Source: an uncultured Verrucomicrobiae bacterium (GTDB taxonomy: Bacteria; Verrucomicrobiota; Verrucomicrobiia; Limisphaerales; UBA11358). Taken from it: DNA of 64,000 nucleotides. Location of the stretch: the NCBI GenBank assembly GCA_963845665.1, contig CAWJTA010000002.1, forward strand, positions 2,733,581 to 2,797,580, read 5' to 3'. This document shows, in pieces, positions 17,923 to 28,610 of this stretch (the stretch's first letter is position 1; each line of letters begins with the position of its first letter). The translations under genes were made by a program, and so were the position numbers. The notes under the pieces were generated by a model. That model had not been told where the DNA came from and searched no databases. It was given only the letters and a program-made list of their open reading frames with translations.

Positions 17923-18483
17923 ATGAATTACAAACTTCCCGGTGAGGGGTCTCCGCTGTGGGAGACTTGGATCATGCTCCTCAATGGATACGGGTATAAT
18001 TGGTACCGGGCAGATAATCAGGCGCGAACAGACGATTTGCTCATACGCCAAAAGGTTGGGTATTTTCTCGGGCTTGCCGCGTCAAAACTGCTTGAAGCGG
18101 AAGCGGCGTACCAGCGCAAATATCTTCCCCCAGGCACACGGGAAAATCCGTTTCCGCCTGCGGACAAAGTTGCCGCGCATCGCCGTCTCCGCGAGTTTCG
18201 GCAGGCCGTTTTGTCAATGGAAGGGGTTGTTCGTTCGCTTCCAGCACCGCCTTCGGACAAAATCTGGCAGCGGCATCGTCTGGAATGGACGACACTCAAG
18301 AGGCTGACAGATGCGGATGTCGGAATGATTGGCGGAGCCAAGCTGCTGGCCGATGAAACTGAAAAGACGACAGTCGACCAATGGAATGAGAATGAGACGC
18401 CTGAAAAGCTCAACAACATTCTCGGAGGATTCAAGAATCTGGTCGAAGAACGACGTGTGTTGCTGCTTATTGACGGCGTATAA
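17923..18483 (+). CDS. Hypothetical protein (186 aa) coupled to the SPFH-like gene
   Basis: ATG at 17923 lies 4 nt after the upstream stop. The protein looks soluble. No family recognised. Confidence 0.5.
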   Translation: MNYKLPGEGSPLWETWIMLLNGYGYNWYRADNQARTDDLLIRQKVGYFLGLAASKLLEAEAAYQRKYLPPGTRENPFPPADKVAAHRRLREFRQAVLSMEGVVRSLPAPPSDKIWQRHRLEWTTLKRLTDADVGMIGGAKLLADETEKTTVDQWNENETPEKLNNILGGFKNLVEERRVLLLIDGV

Positions 18484-18520
18484 TTTGGCCGCATTTTGAT
18501 TATCGGCCTTGGGGATTTCG

Positions 18521-21064
18521 TCACCCCGCCTTTAGAACGGCTTTGACGGTGGTATGAAGCTCCGACAGCGTAAAAGGCTTGGCCAGACAGGGGCGCTTCT
18601 CTGTTTCCAGGAATTGCCGCATCTGGTCGTTGATGACGTCGCCGGTGATGAAAATGATACGCCGGCAAAACTGGGGATTGGTGCGGCGCATTTGCTCGTA
18701 TACCTGCTGGCCATTCAAGCCGGGCATCCGCCAGTCGCAAAACGCCAGGTCGAAGTGATTTGTTTCGAGTTTTTCCAGCGCGGTCTTGCCATTCTCAGCC
18801 AGTTCGACTTCGTATCCACGAACCTCAAAGTCGTTGTGGAGCAGGTTGAGGATGGGTTGCTCGTCATCAATGACCAACACTCGCTTGCCCTGGCCTTCGG
18901 TTGTATCTGGTATTTCCGGCGCTGGCGAGGTTTCCGTTTCGACGGGCGCTTCGGCATTCTCGGCATTCTCGGCGACGGGCAGTTCGATGATGAATGTTGC
19001 GCCCTTGCCCACCTGGCTCAGGGGTGTGATGGTGCCGCCGTGGTCCTTGACATAGCCGTAGCAAAGGCTCAGACCCAGGCCGGTGCCCTTACCGACCTCT
19101 TTGGTTGTGAAAAATGGATCAAATAGCCGCCGCATATGTTCCCGCGGAATGCCCGGTCCATTGTCCTGTATGGTAATGCGGATGTTCGGCGCCCGGCTTT
19201 CGGTCGTGATTTGGATTCGACCTGGTTGCCCGCCGGCTTCGATTGCCTCTTGCGCGTTGTTGATCATGTTTAGCAATACCTGCTGAATTTGGCTGGAATC
19301 GACCAGGACCAGCGGCAGGTTGGGTTCGAGCCTGGTGACGACCTCAATGTTACCGGTTCGCAGCGCGTAGCCGACAATTTCCAGGGCCGTTTCAATGAGC
19401 TTGTTCATCGCAGCGAGCTTGCGTTCGGACTGTTCGCGTCTCGCGAAGCTCAAGAGCGATTGGACGATCCGCTTGCAATGCAAAGCGGACTTAAGGATGG
19501 TATCTGAGTACTTGCGGTCGGTGTCATTCAATTCACTTTGGATGAGGAGTTCCGAGAAACCCACGACCGCCGACAGAGGATTGTTCAATTCATGCGCCAC
19601 CCCGGCGACAAATTTTCCGATGGCCGATAATTTTTCGCTCTGGACCAGTTGCTCCTGGGTCGTCTTGAGCGTGTCCACGGTTTTTTCCAATTGCGACCGC
19701 GATTGCTGGATCTTTTCGGTCATCTCGTTAAAGACCAATGCCAGTTGGCCGCACTCGTCGCGGCTGCGCACCGGCACACGCCGGTCGAGATCGCCGGACC
19801 CGACCGCTTTGGCGCCGTGCCGCAACTCCCGCAGCGGTTCGGTGACGCGGTTGATGAAAAGTGAGACCGCCGCAATGCAGAACAAAACGGCCAGAAATCC
19901 TGTGAAGGTCAGCATCTGCTGCGTCGTCCCCATGGCGGCCAGCGACTGTTCGCGCGAACTCAACAGAACGTAACCGAGGTTGCTGTCGGGGTTCAGGGAG
20001 GCAAACCGTCCAGCGACGCAATAGTAATGTACGCCGTTGAGAGTTATCGGTTTTACGCCTGCGCTCGAATCGTCACTGCGATTCGCGGCCATGGCGCCCT
20101 CAAACGCACTGACAAACTGCGCGTTGAGGTCCAAACCTGGCAGGGTGGAGGCGACCAGGCGCCCATTGGCCATCAGCGCAATCTGGCTTTGCGTCAGTTT
20201 GCTGAATTCCTGCGCCGCCGCGCCGCCGAGTTCCAATCCCAACGTCAACACGCCAACCTGTTGGTTATCCTGGTTGTAGGCCGGGACGGTCACCACGTCG
20301 TAGAGTTTTCCGCCTACCCAGATGGTGTCCGTCCTTTCATCACCGTGCAAAGCCATCTGCAATACCCGGCTCGCCGCTGCCTCAAATTCCGAGACGGGCA
20401 ACTCCGGATCGCTTTTCTCGACATCAAGGATTTTGCCCCGGTTGGATGCATAAATCAGAATGTCCACCCGTTGCATTTGCATGAGGTCGCTCAAGGTATC
20501 GTGCAGTTCCCTGGCCTGGCCGAATTGGAAGACCTGCCGCCAGAGGGGCTGGTTGGGCAGGTTGTGAAAGCGCAACAGCAGGTCGGTACGGCGGGAATCC
20601 TGCAAGGAACAAATGACCGCATTGGCTGTGGCCAGCGTGTAGCGCGCCTCCTGTTCTGATTGCTTCGTGATGCGATGGTCCACGACATAGAACGTTACGG
20701 CCATGGTTACCGCCATGCAACTCACGACCGGCAACAACACTTTGGCGCGGAAACTGGAGTCGAAGATTTCGTGCGCGCGGGCTGCTAATGATTCGACCGG
20801 CCGGCGAAGTTTTTCTGGAGTCACCGCTGCCACGAGGCGCCCGCAAAGGGTAACGAATTGGAATTTGCGGCCGGAATCGGGCGCATTGCCGGCGCCGTCT
20901 ACTTTCGTGGACGGGTCAGCTTTGGCGCGCGCGTGTGCCTCTTTCCAATTGAGCAAACGGCGAAGTGCCTCTCCGGGTTTCATCTGTCTCCGGAAACAGC
21001 AACTCATATGCCTGATAAGCTTGGATAAAGCTCGCGGCAGCCGAAAATAGCATTCTTGAGCCAT
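18521..21064 (-). CDS. Hybrid sensor histidine kinase (extracytoplasmic sensor, HAMP, HisKA, HATPase_c, C-terminal receiver)
   Basis: HAMP '[23 protein letters not shown]', H-box '[16 protein letters not shown]', G-boxes 'DNGPGIP...GTGLGLS', receiver '[12 protein letters not shown]...[14 protein letters not shown]'. The exact start is uncertain. Confidence 0.9.
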   Translation of the reverse strand: MAQECYFRLPRALSKLIRHMSCCFRRQMKPGEALRRLLNWKEAHARAKADPSTKVDGAGNAPDSGRKFQFVTLCGRLVAAVTPEKLRRPVESLAARAHEIFDSSFRAKVLLPVVSCMAVTMAVTFYVVDHRITKQSEQEARYTLATANAVICSLQDSRRTDLLLRFHNLPNQPLWRQVFQFGQARELHDTLSDLMQMQRVDILIYASNRGKILDVEKSDPELPVSEFEAAASRVLQMALHGDERTDTIWVGGKLYDVVTVPAYNQDNQQVGVLTLGLELGGAAAQEFSKLTQSQIALMANGRLVASTLPGLDLNAQFVSAFEGAMAANRSDDSSAGVKPITLNGVHYYCVAGRFASLNPDSNLGYVLLSSREQSLAAMGTTQQMLTFTGFLAVLFCIAAVSLFINRVTEPLRELRHGAKAVGSGDLDRRVPVRSRDECGQLALVFNEMTEKIQQSRSQLEKTVDTLKTTQEQLVQSEKLSAIGKFVAGVAHELNNPLSAVVGFSELLIQSELNDTDRKYSDTILKSALHCKRIVQSLLSFARREQSERKLAAMNKLIETALEIVGYALRTGNIEVVTRLEPNLPLVLVDSSQIQQVLLNMINNAQEAIEAGGQPGRIQITTESRAPNIRITIQDNGPGIPREHMRRLFDPFFTTKEVGKGTGLGLSLCYGYVKDHGGTITPLSQVGKGATFIIELPVAENAENAEAPVETETSPAPEIPDTTEGQGKRVLVIDDEQPILNLLHNDFEVRGYEVELAENGKTALEKLETNHFDLAFCDWRMPGLNGQQVYEQMRRTNPQFCRRIIFITGDVINDQMRQFLETEKRPCLAKPFTLSELHTTVKAVLKAG

Positions 21065-21181
21065 ATCGAATGCTGGAAATTATTGTAACAGCCTCATAAA
21101 GAGCGGGATGTGGCTATTCGCTGATTGAAGTGAACCCTGGGCTTGAGTCACCATTCCCGGCACTCTAAAGTTATTGGGTAA

Positions 21182-22162
21182 ATGAACGAATCGTTGAAAG
21201 CTCAAACGAGCGAAGTATCGGGTTGGATTCAAAAATTGCGTGCGGAGATTGGCCGCGTCATTGTCGGCCAGGAAGCTTTGGTCGAGCGCCTGCTCATCGG
21301 CCTGCTCGCCAACGGTCACGTGTTGCTCGAAGGCGTTCCAGGCCTTGCCAAAACACTGTCCGTTCGCACGCTGGCGTCAGCGGTGCAGGCGACGTTTCAC
21401 CGTATCCAATTTACGCCCGATCTATTGCCGGCGGACATTGTCGGCACTCTCATTTACAATCCGCAGGATGGAAAATATCATGCGACTCGAGGTCCGGTCT
21501 TTGCCAATTTTGTGCTGGCGGACGAAATCAATCGCGCGCCGGCCAAGGTGCAGTCCGCCCTGCTCGAAGCCATGCAGGAACGCCAAGTGACGTTGGGAGG
21601 CGAAACGATGCGGCTGCCGTCGCCGTTTTTGGTGATGGCTACAGAAAATCCGATTGACCAGGAAGGCACGTATCCACTGCCGGAGGCGCAGGTGGACCGC
21701 TTTATGTTCAAAGTGATGCTGGATTATCCCAGTGAACAGGAGGAGCGAATGATTCTCGACCGGATGGCGTTCACCAGCCCTGAATCCCCGACAAAGCCGG
21801 TGGTCGGCCTGGAAGACATCCTGCAGGCGCGCCGGCTCGTGGACCAAATCCATGTGGATCCCAAAATCCGCGATTACATTGTTAAAATCGTCATGGCCAC
21901 GCGCCGGCCGCAGGAATTCAAGCTTGACCTGAAGCATTTTATCCAATTTGGTGCCTCGCCGCGGGCGACTATTTACCTTACGCTGGCCGCCAAAGCCTGG
22001 GCGTTGTTGCATGGCCGCGACTACGTGATTCCCGAAGACGTGAAAAGCATCGGCCCCGACGTACTGCGCCACCGCATCATTCTTACCTACGAGGCCGAGG
22101 CGCAGACCGTTTCGTCCGATGCGATTGTCAAACAAGTGTTGAACGCTGTGCCCGTGCCGTGA
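21182..22162 (+). CDS. MoxR-family AAA+ ATPase
   Basis: 'HVLLEGVPGLAKT' Walker A, 'ILLADEINRAPAKVQSALLEAMQE', 'FLVMATENPIDQEGTYPLPEAQVDRF'. Confidence 0.95.
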   Translation: MNESLKAQTSEVSGWIQKLRAEIGRVIVGQEALVERLLIGLLANGHVLLEGVPGLAKTLSVRTLASAVQATFHRIQFTPDLLPADIVGTLIYNPQDGKYHATRGPVFANFVLADEINRAPAKVQSALLEAMQERQVTLGGETMRLPSPFLVMATENPIDQEGTYPLPEAQVDRFMFKVMLDYPSEQEERMILDRMAFTSPESPTKPVVGLEDILQARRLVDQIHVDPKIRDYIVKIVMATRRPQEFKLDLKHFIQFGASPRATIYLTLAAKAWALLHGRDYVIPEDVKSIGPDVLRHRIILTYEAEAQTVSSDAIVKQVLNAVPVP

Positions 22163-22220
22163 ATTTTGGGATTTGCGCATTAAGAGCCGTCAAAACCGGA
22201 GCGCCGTTCGCAAATCGTTA

Positions 22221-23198
22221 ATGGAATCTGTCATGACTGCCACTGAACTTTTGGAGAAGGTCCGCCGTATCGATGTGCGCACCAACCGGCTTGTTAACGA
22301 TATGATGGTCGGAGGGTATCTCAGCCATTTCAAAGGGCGTGGCATGGACTTCGAAGAGCTGCGCGAATATGTGCCCGGTGACGACGTGCGGAACATTGAC
22401 TGGAACGTCACTTATCGCATGGGCCGTCCTTTTGTAAAATGTTTCCGGGAGGAACGTGAGCTGGCGATGGTGCTTGCTGTAGACGTCTCGGCGTCATCGG
22501 CCTTTGGGTCCGGCAACCGTACCAAACGCGAGTTCGCCGCTGAAATTGCCGCCACACTCGCCGTGTCCGCCGCGAAGAATGGCGACAAGGTCGCGTTGCT
22601 GTTGTTCACCAGCGAAGTAGAACTGTTTGTTCCGGCGCGAAAGGGACGCCGTCACGTCCTTCGACTCGTTCGTGACCTTCTGGCCTTCCATCCCCGGCGG
22701 CGTGGCACGGATATTTCCCGCGCGCTTGAGTTTCTGGGCCAGGTGCAGCGGCGCCGCGCAATTGTTTTCCTGCTGACGGATTTTTTGCACAGTTCCGGCA
22801 GTGGCGCAGGCGGCACAGTCCCGAAGTCGCCTCTTTCGCCGAATAGACAAAGAGCCGGCGCACCCGTCCGGTCGCGTGATTTTATCAGCCAATTGGGCGT
22901 GACCAACATGCGGCATGATGTCGTCTGTCTGCATCTCCACGATCCACACGAAAACACACTGCCGGACGCCGGTCTGCTCACCATTGAGGACGCCGAGACG
23001 GGCGAACTCCTCGAATTGGATTCCAAAAGCGGCGCCGTGCGCGCGCGTTTTGCGGCCCATAACACCGAACGGCTGGCGGAACTGGACCGCTGTCTCATTC
23101 GCACCGGTGTGGACACACTACGGCTGAATACGGCCGAACCATTTGCGCCGGCGTTGCAGCGATTTTTCGAAATCCGGCGCGGCCGCCGGCGAGGCTGA
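22221..23198 (+). CDS. DUF58 (vWA-like) protein, MoxR partner
   Basis: 'SHFKGRGMDFEELREYVPGDDVRNIDWNVTYRMGRPFVKCFREERE' is the DUF58 signature. The start is taken at ATG 22221 (alternative 22233). Confidence 0.9.
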   Translation: MESVMTATELLEKVRRIDVRTNRLVNDMMVGGYLSHFKGRGMDFEELREYVPGDDVRNIDWNVTYRMGRPFVKCFREERELAMVLAVDVSASSAFGSGNRTKREFAAEIAATLAVSAAKNGDKVALLLFTSEVELFVPARKGRRHVLRLVRDLLAFHPRRRGTDISRALEFLGQVQRRRAIVFLLTDFLHSSGSGAGGTVPKSPLSPNRQRAGAPVRSRDFISQLGVTNMRHDVVCLHLHDPHENTLPDAGLLTIEDAETGELLELDSKSGAVRARFAAHNTERLAELDRCLIRTGVDTLRLNTAEPFAPALQRFFEIRRGRRRG

Positions 23199-23202
23199 CA
23201 CG

Positions 23203-23832
23203 ATGAACATCGAACATCGAACGCAGCGTGAAAGCATCGTGAAACCGTTCTCAGGTTTGTTTTGCTTTTTCTTCCTTGCTGCCTCGAGTGTCTTTGGCCA
23301 GGACACAACGAACGCGTTGCCGAAACTCGTACCCCCGCATGGGACGTTGCCACCGACATTCTGGGAGCAAAATGGAACGGCAACCGCAGCCGGCGGTGTT
23401 ATTTTTCTGGCGCTGGCTGCAGTTCTCGTGTGGCGGAATCTGAAATCGAGGCCGCAATGGGTTTTGCCTCCGGACGTCGTTGCCCGAGAGGCTCTGGCGA
23501 AATGTCGAGGCCAGCCTGAAGACGGAAAAGTCTTGAGCGAAGTTTCACGAGCGTTGCGCCGCTATATCGGGGCGGCTCTTAAATTTCCACCTGGCGAATT
23601 CACGACCGCCGAATTTTGCCGCGAACTTGAGCACCGCGAACAAATCACGCCTCAATTGAAACGAGCAATTGCCGATTTTTTGCTCGCATGTGACGAGCGA
23701 AAATTTTCCCCGGCCGTTTCATCCGGGCCGCTCGATGCCGCGGGCCGCGCTTTGGAATTTGTCGATCTTACCGAAAAAGAAAGTTGCAGGCAGGACGACG
23801 CCTGTGCCGCTAAAAATGAACGGTCAGTTTGA
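23203..23832 (+). CDS. Small membrane protein in the DUF4381-like position of Bat operons
   Basis: ATG at 23203 lies 4 nt after the DUF58 stop. It has a signal/TM segment and a second TM 'AAGGVIFLALAAVLVW'. It overlaps the next gene by 17 nt. Confidence 0.6.
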   Translation: MNIEHRTQRESIVKPFSGLFCFFFLAASSVFGQDTTNALPKLVPPHGTLPPTFWEQNGTATAAGGVIFLALAAVLVWRNLKSRPQWVLPPDVVAREALAKCRGQPEDGKVLSEVSRALRRYIGAALKFPPGEFTTAEFCRELEHREQITPQLKRAIADFLLACDERKFSPAVSSGPLDAAGRALEFVDLTEKESCRQDDACAAKNERSV

Positions 23833-24853
23833 ATTTCAATATCCGTGGGTCCTGGCGTTGTTGACGTTGCTGCCGGTTTACGCCCTGTTGCGTGGTAAAT
23901 TCGGGAAGTGGTCGGCCCTCAAGTTTTCCAGCGCGGAAATCGCCCGGGCGGCCGGCGCACGGATGCGTACGGCCGCGGGGCGTTTGCTGGCGTTTCTGCG
24001 GCTGCTGGCTGTCGGGCTTGGTATTGTGGCGCTGGCCGGGCCGCGGTTGGCGGATTATCACGTCGTCACTGAAACGCCGGGCATTGACATTATGCTCGTG
24101 CAGGACGTGTCCTGGTCCATGATGGCGGTGGACATGGAGCCGGAGGAAAGGCTTTCCCGTTTTGCCATCGCATCGGGGGTGTTGCAGGACTTCATCCAAA
24201 AGCGGCCCAACGACCGGGTTGGTTTGATTGCGTTTTCCGGCAAGTCTTACCTCGTCGGTCCGCTCACGTTGAACCACGACTGGCTCATTCAAAATCTTCA
24301 GCGGTTGCACATCGGCATTATCACCGACCTCGGCACGGCTATCGGAGATGCAGTCGTCGTCGCCGCCAAACGGCTGCATGCGGTACCTAATGCCAAAAGC
24401 CGCGTGATCATCCTGTTGACCGACGGTGACAACAACCTGGGCCAGGTTAATCCGCTTGCCGCCGCGCAAATAGCCGCCGCCCTGGGCGTCAAAGTTTATA
24501 CCATCGGCATCGGTGTCGAAAAGCCGTGCAACATGCCGAAATTCGATCCGCAGACCGGACAGTTTCTCCTCGACGCTAACGGCAACATTATTCCATCCCT
24601 TCTGCTGCAACCGGCAAACTTTTCGGTATTGGGACAAATGGCCAGTTTGTCAGGCGGCCAATTCTACCGCGCCACCAGCCAGCACCAGTTACGAAACATC
24701 TACGACCAGATTAACCGGCTGGAAAAAAACAGGATTACGCGGCGCCGATTCGCCACGTATCATCCGTTATTCGAATGGCCTTTGCTGGCGGCCCTGGGGG
24801 TATTGGCGCTGGAATTGATTTTGGCGAATACGAGATTTCGAAGGGTCCCATGA
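23816..24853 (+). CDS. batA: BatA-type vWA-domain membrane protein
   Basis: 'FEFQYPWVLALLTLLP' N-terminus. vWA MIDAS 'DIMLVQDVSWSM', 'VIILLTDGDNN', 'VKVYTIGIG'. C-terminal TM. Confidence 0.85.
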   Translation: MNGQFEFQYPWVLALLTLLPVYALLRGKFGKWSALKFSSAEIARAAGARMRTAAGRLLAFLRLLAVGLGIVALAGPRLADYHVVTETPGIDIMLVQDVSWSMMAVDMEPEERLSRFAIASGVLQDFIQKRPNDRVGLIAFSGKSYLVGPLTLNHDWLIQNLQRLHIGIITDLGTAIGDAVVVAAKRLHAVPNAKSRVIILLTDGDNNLGQVNPLAAAQIAAALGVKVYTIGIGVEKPCNMPKFDPQTGQFLLDANGNIIPSLLLQPANFSVLGQMASLSGGQFYRATSQHQLRNIYDQINRLEKNRITRRRFATYHPLFEWPLLAALGVLALELILANTRFRRVP

Positions 24854-25881
24854 CAAATTTTGCCAATTTTCATTTTGCCGCGCCGGGCTGGCTTTGGCTG
24901 GCCGTCCTGGCGCCGATCACGCTGGCGTTGCTGCAGCGTTACGCGGAGAAAGCGCGGCGGGAAGAACTGGCGCGAATGGTTGCATCACGTTTCGCCGGGC
25001 AACTCACCGCCTCCCACAGCCCGGGGCGGCGGTGGTTCAAAAACGGCCTGCTGCTAGCGGCGTTTGCGCTGGCCGGCGTTGCTTTGGCGCGGCCCCAGTG
25101 GGGCCAGGTGCAGACTTCCAATGGCTGGGTTGGTGAGGATATTGTTTTTGTGGTCGATTGCTCGCGCAGCATGTTGTCCACCGATGCCCAGCCGGACCGG
25201 CTGGACGCAGGGAAATATGCGATTCTGAATTTTGTCCGGCGCTACGCCCGCGGACGCGTCGGCCTGGTGGCCTTTGCGGGCAGTGCTTTCACTGAATGCC
25301 CTTTGACCTTTGACTACGATGCATTTGATGAAACATTGTTGGCAATGAACGACAAAACTATTCCCGATCTGGGCACCGACGTTGGCCAGGGGCTGTACGA
25401 AGCAAATCGGGACATGGATAAGCACAGCCGGCGAAAGCTCATCGTGCTGCTCACCGATGGCGAGGACCTCGACAAGACCGGCGCAGCCGCTGCCAGGTCG
25501 CTGGCGACAAATGGCGTGGTTGTATTTACAATCGGTGTGGGCACGCCCGCCGGGAAGGAAATCCAATTTGTGAACGACGCCGGCCAAAAGGAATGGGTGC
25601 GCGATGCCCGTGGCAATCCCGTTCGCAGCAGGCTGGATGAACGAACGCTCCACGAAATTGCCGAGGCGACCGGAGGCCAATATTATCCACTCGGCGCGGC
25701 AGGAAACGGTTTAATGAACGTTCGCTTCGCCGTTCACGCGCTGGACACCGCCGGCAGCACCCGCCGTTCTGAGGCGACCGGGGTGGATCGCTTTCATACA
25801 CCTATCGCCCTTGCCCTGGTGTTGATTGTGGCCGAATCATTGATCAGCACGCGCAGGAGGTTAACCTTGGAGAACTCATGA
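24850..25881 (+). CDS. batB: BatB-type vWA-domain membrane protein
   Basis: ATGA overlap with batA. 'FHFAAPGWLWLAVLAP', vWA 'IVFVVDCSRSM', 'LIVLLTDGED', 'VVVFTIGVGT'. Confidence 0.85.
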   Translation: MTNFANFHFAAPGWLWLAVLAPITLALLQRYAEKARREELARMVASRFAGQLTASHSPGRRWFKNGLLLAAFALAGVALARPQWGQVQTSNGWVGEDIVFVVDCSRSMLSTDAQPDRLDAGKYAILNFVRRYARGRVGLVAFAGSAFTECPLTFDYDAFDETLLAMNDKTIPDLGTDVGQGLYEANRDMDKHSRRKLIVLLTDGEDLDKTGAAAARSLATNGVVVFTIGVGTPAGKEIQFVNDAGQKEWVRDARGNPVRSRLDERTLHEIAEATGGQYYPLGAAGNGLMNVRFAVHALDTAGSTRRSEATGVDRFHTPIALALVLIVAESLISTRRRLTLENS

Positions 25882-26825
25882 TCTCGCCCCCAAATTTGAG
25901 ACGGTGTTTGCTGGCGTCCATGCTGGCATTGGCATGCTCAGCGTTCGCCGATTCTCAGACAAATTCCATCGCGCCGGGTGATCTACCGGTGAGCGCCCGG
26001 GATTTTTACAATGACGGAACGGAACTGCTCGCCTCAAAAAAATTCTCCGAAGCGGAACAGATGTTCCTGTCCGCGCTTGCTGCGCAGGATGAGCACGTGC
26101 AGCCGGCGGCGCTTTATAATTTGGCCCACGCGCGATTTGGTGAAGGGTTGGCGGCGTTAAAGAAAGGGCCGAATGCCCAATCCATTACGGCGCAAAGCAG
26201 CGGACCCGCTGCGGAGACAGCATCGGCAATTCAACAGGGAGAGGCGGCGCTGGGGGGAAATGATTTGTCAAAACTGATTGCCGCCTACATGGCGGGACAC
26301 GGAGCTCGCCACGACCTGCGCACCGCCGAGGCAGCCGTCAAGGAGGCGATCGAAACTTATGGTGAAACACTGCGCAAATGGCAGCGGGCGGACGATGATT
26401 TCAAAAGCGCGGCCGAGTTAAATCCAGCCGATGTGGATGCCGCCCGAAATGCCCAAATCGTCGAGCAATATATCGCGCGCCTTGTGGATAGCCTGCGTAA
26501 AATGCAGGACCTTGGCGCCAGGCTCCACGACCAGCACAACAAAATAAATCAGGTCCTGCGCCAAATCGGCGGCCGTATTCCGCAACCAAATCTTCCGCCC
26601 GGCGCCCCAGGCGACAAGGATGAGGACGACGGAATGCAGCCCGACCCAGGATCGTTGGAGGGTATGAAGGAAGGCGCCACGCGCACCGGCAGCCCCATCG
26701 GAACGCCTCTTTCGCCGGATCAGGCCGCGCAAATCCTCAATGGCATCCCGATCGACTCCGCGCAGCAGCTAATGATGAACGAGGCTAAAACCGGCCGTAA
26801 CCAGCAACCCGGTCTTACATGGTGA
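25878..26825 (+). CDS. batC: BatC-like TPR protein
   Basis: ATGA overlap with batB. Lipoprotein-like signal 'LLASMLALACSAF', TPR-like helices and an acidic C-terminal region. Confidence 0.6.
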   Translation: MISPPNLRRCLLASMLALACSAFADSQTNSIAPGDLPVSARDFYNDGTELLASKKFSEAEQMFLSALAAQDEHVQPAALYNLAHARFGEGLAALKKGPNAQSITAQSSGPAAETASAIQQGEAALGGNDLSKLIAAYMAGHGARHDLRTAEAAVKEAIETYGETLRKWQRADDDFKSAAELNPADVDAARNAQIVEQYIARLVDSLRKMQDLGARLHDQHNKINQVLRQIGGRIPQPNLPPGAPGDKDEDDGMQPDPGSLEGMKEGATRTGSPIGTPLSPDQAAQILNGIPIDSAQQLMMNEAKTGRNQQPGLTW

Positions 26826-26834
26826 TGATTTAAC

Positions 26835-28610
26835 ATGCGTTTTGTTCAGTGCCTCATTTCGATAATATTTGTGGCAGTCGCGGCGCCATTGTCGCGGGCG
26901 CAGGTCTCGCCTCACGTATCCCCAGAGCAGGCCGCCAGGTTGCAGGTTGCCCAACCATTGGCAGATCTCTCTTCGCCGATCACTGTCACCGCGAATTTTG
27001 ATCCGCCTGCCGCGCGAGTCGGCCAAAGCGTATTTTACAGGGTTGCGCTTGACGGACCCGGGGGAGACATCAAATGGCCCGGCGCTATTTCTGCGTCGCC
27101 TCAGTTGAAGTTCGGACCACTTTCTCAGGACCAATTGGTGCATGGTTTCGCGAATAAATACCTTCTGCTTACGTCGTTTCTCTACGAAGTGCGGGCCACG
27201 GCGGCGGGACATTTTATCGTCCCGGGTTTCGATGTGACGGTCGATGGCAAGCCCGTTCAAATCCCGGCGGCAACCCTGGATGTGGACAAATCCATTTCCG
27301 GACCGGCGCCCCGCCGCCTGGTGCTTGAGGTTTCGAGCACAAATGTCTTTCTCGGTCAACCCCTTCGTGCCCGCGTCATGCTGCCCGCCACACCGGACAA
27401 TCAAATCGAGGCACTTCGCGAGGTTCAATTCGGCGGCAACGGATTCAGCAGCGATCTAACCACGATGGGCCAGGCTGTGCAAACCATCGGAGTTGACGGC
27501 CATGCTGTTCCGGCGTTCATTTATGAAATTACCCTGACGCCGATCGAGGCAGGGCCGCAGGCGTTTTCCGCGCAGGCGTTCGCCGCCGGACGTGACTTTT
27601 TTGGATCCATCACAGTTGCCGGCCACGTCGCCATTTCCGGCGGACAGCCGAACTATGTTTTGCTGGCTTCGAATCCCGTTCGTGTAAATGTTCGTCCGCT
27701 GCCGGTTGCCGGCCAACCGGCTGGTTTCAACGGGTCAATTGGATCCTTCTCGCTCGGCCGTCCTCAGTTGTCTACGAATCGGATTCAGACGGGCCAACCG
27801 ATACGGCTCACGGTTGCCGTTCACAGCCAGGGTGCGTTGAATCGCCTGGTCGCCCCGGCGCCGCCGGCTGTCAATGACTGGGAAATCATCCCTGACAACC
27901 CTCCGGATTTTTCCTTCACATTGATTCCACTGACCGATACCACCCGGCAGACGCCCGCGATTCCGTTCAGTTGTTTTGATCCGGCTCTTGACGGCTACGT
28001 GGATTTGACCATTCCCTCTCTGCCCGTCACGGTCACATCCCAGGGGCTGCCAACCGAAATTGCCTCGGAGGATTCAGGAATTACGAATTCCTCCCCATCG
28101 AGACTGGGCGAGTTATTGCCATCGCCCGGCAGTATGGTCGCCGGCCTCGCTCCTCCACAATTCCGTGGCTGGTTAATCTTTCTCCAAATTGTTCCTTTGC
28201 TGGCGATTCTTGGGTTGTGGCGATGGGACCGCCACCGTCGATTTTTGGAAGCGAATCCGGCCGTCGTGCGAAGGCGGCAGGCGCGGCGCCTTTTGCGGCG
28301 CGAAAAGCGCCGGCTGCGCGCCGCTGCCAGCCGTGGTGACGCTGCGGCTATCGTTTGCCATGCGGCCGAAGCGATGAAAATCGCATCAGCACCGCACTAT
28401 GCGGCGCATCCGCAGGCCATGGTCTGCTCCGACGTTTTGGACCGGCTCTACGATGCCGACCAGAGCGGCGCCCTTGGCAAAACGGTCCGTGAAATTTTTG
28501 CGGCAGAAGACGCGCGATTCGCGTCGAAAAAACCTCGGACGCAAACCAATTGGCCCGCGCTCCAGGCGGATGTGGACGCTGTGTTGCTGAAACTGGAGGA
28601 GCGCTTATGA
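26835..28610 (+). CDS. batD: BatD-like (oxygen-tolerance) protein
   Basis: 591 aa. Signal peptide, beta-rich body, a C-terminal TM 'WLIFLQIVPLLAILGLW' and an Arg-rich tail. This architecture and position are typical of BatD. Confidence 0.65.
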   Translation: MRFVQCLISIIFVAVAAPLSRAQVSPHVSPEQAARLQVAQPLADLSSPITVTANFDPPAARVGQSVFYRVALDGPGGDIKWPGAISASPQLKFGPLSQDQLVHGFANKYLLLTSFLYEVRATAAGHFIVPGFDVTVDGKPVQIPAATLDVDKSISGPAPRRLVLEVSSTNVFLGQPLRARVMLPATPDNQIEALREVQFGGNGFSSDLTTMGQAVQTIGVDGHAVPAFIYEITLTPIEAGPQAFSAQAFAAGRDFFGSITVAGHVAISGGQPNYVLLASNPVRVNVRPLPVAGQPAGFNGSIGSFSLGRPQLSTNRIQTGQPIRLTVAVHSQGALNRLVAPAPPAVNDWEIIPDNPPDFSFTLIPLTDTTRQTPAIPFSCFDPALDGYVDLTIPSLPVTVTSQGLPTEIASEDSGITNSSPSRLGELLPSPGSMVAGLAPPQFRGWLIFLQIVPLLAILGLWRWDRHRRFLEANPAVVRRRQARRLLRREKRRLRAAASRGDAAAIVCHAAEAMKIASAPHYAAHPQAMVCSDVLDRLYDADQSGALGKTVREIFAAEDARFASKKPRTQTNWPALQADVDAVLLKLEERL

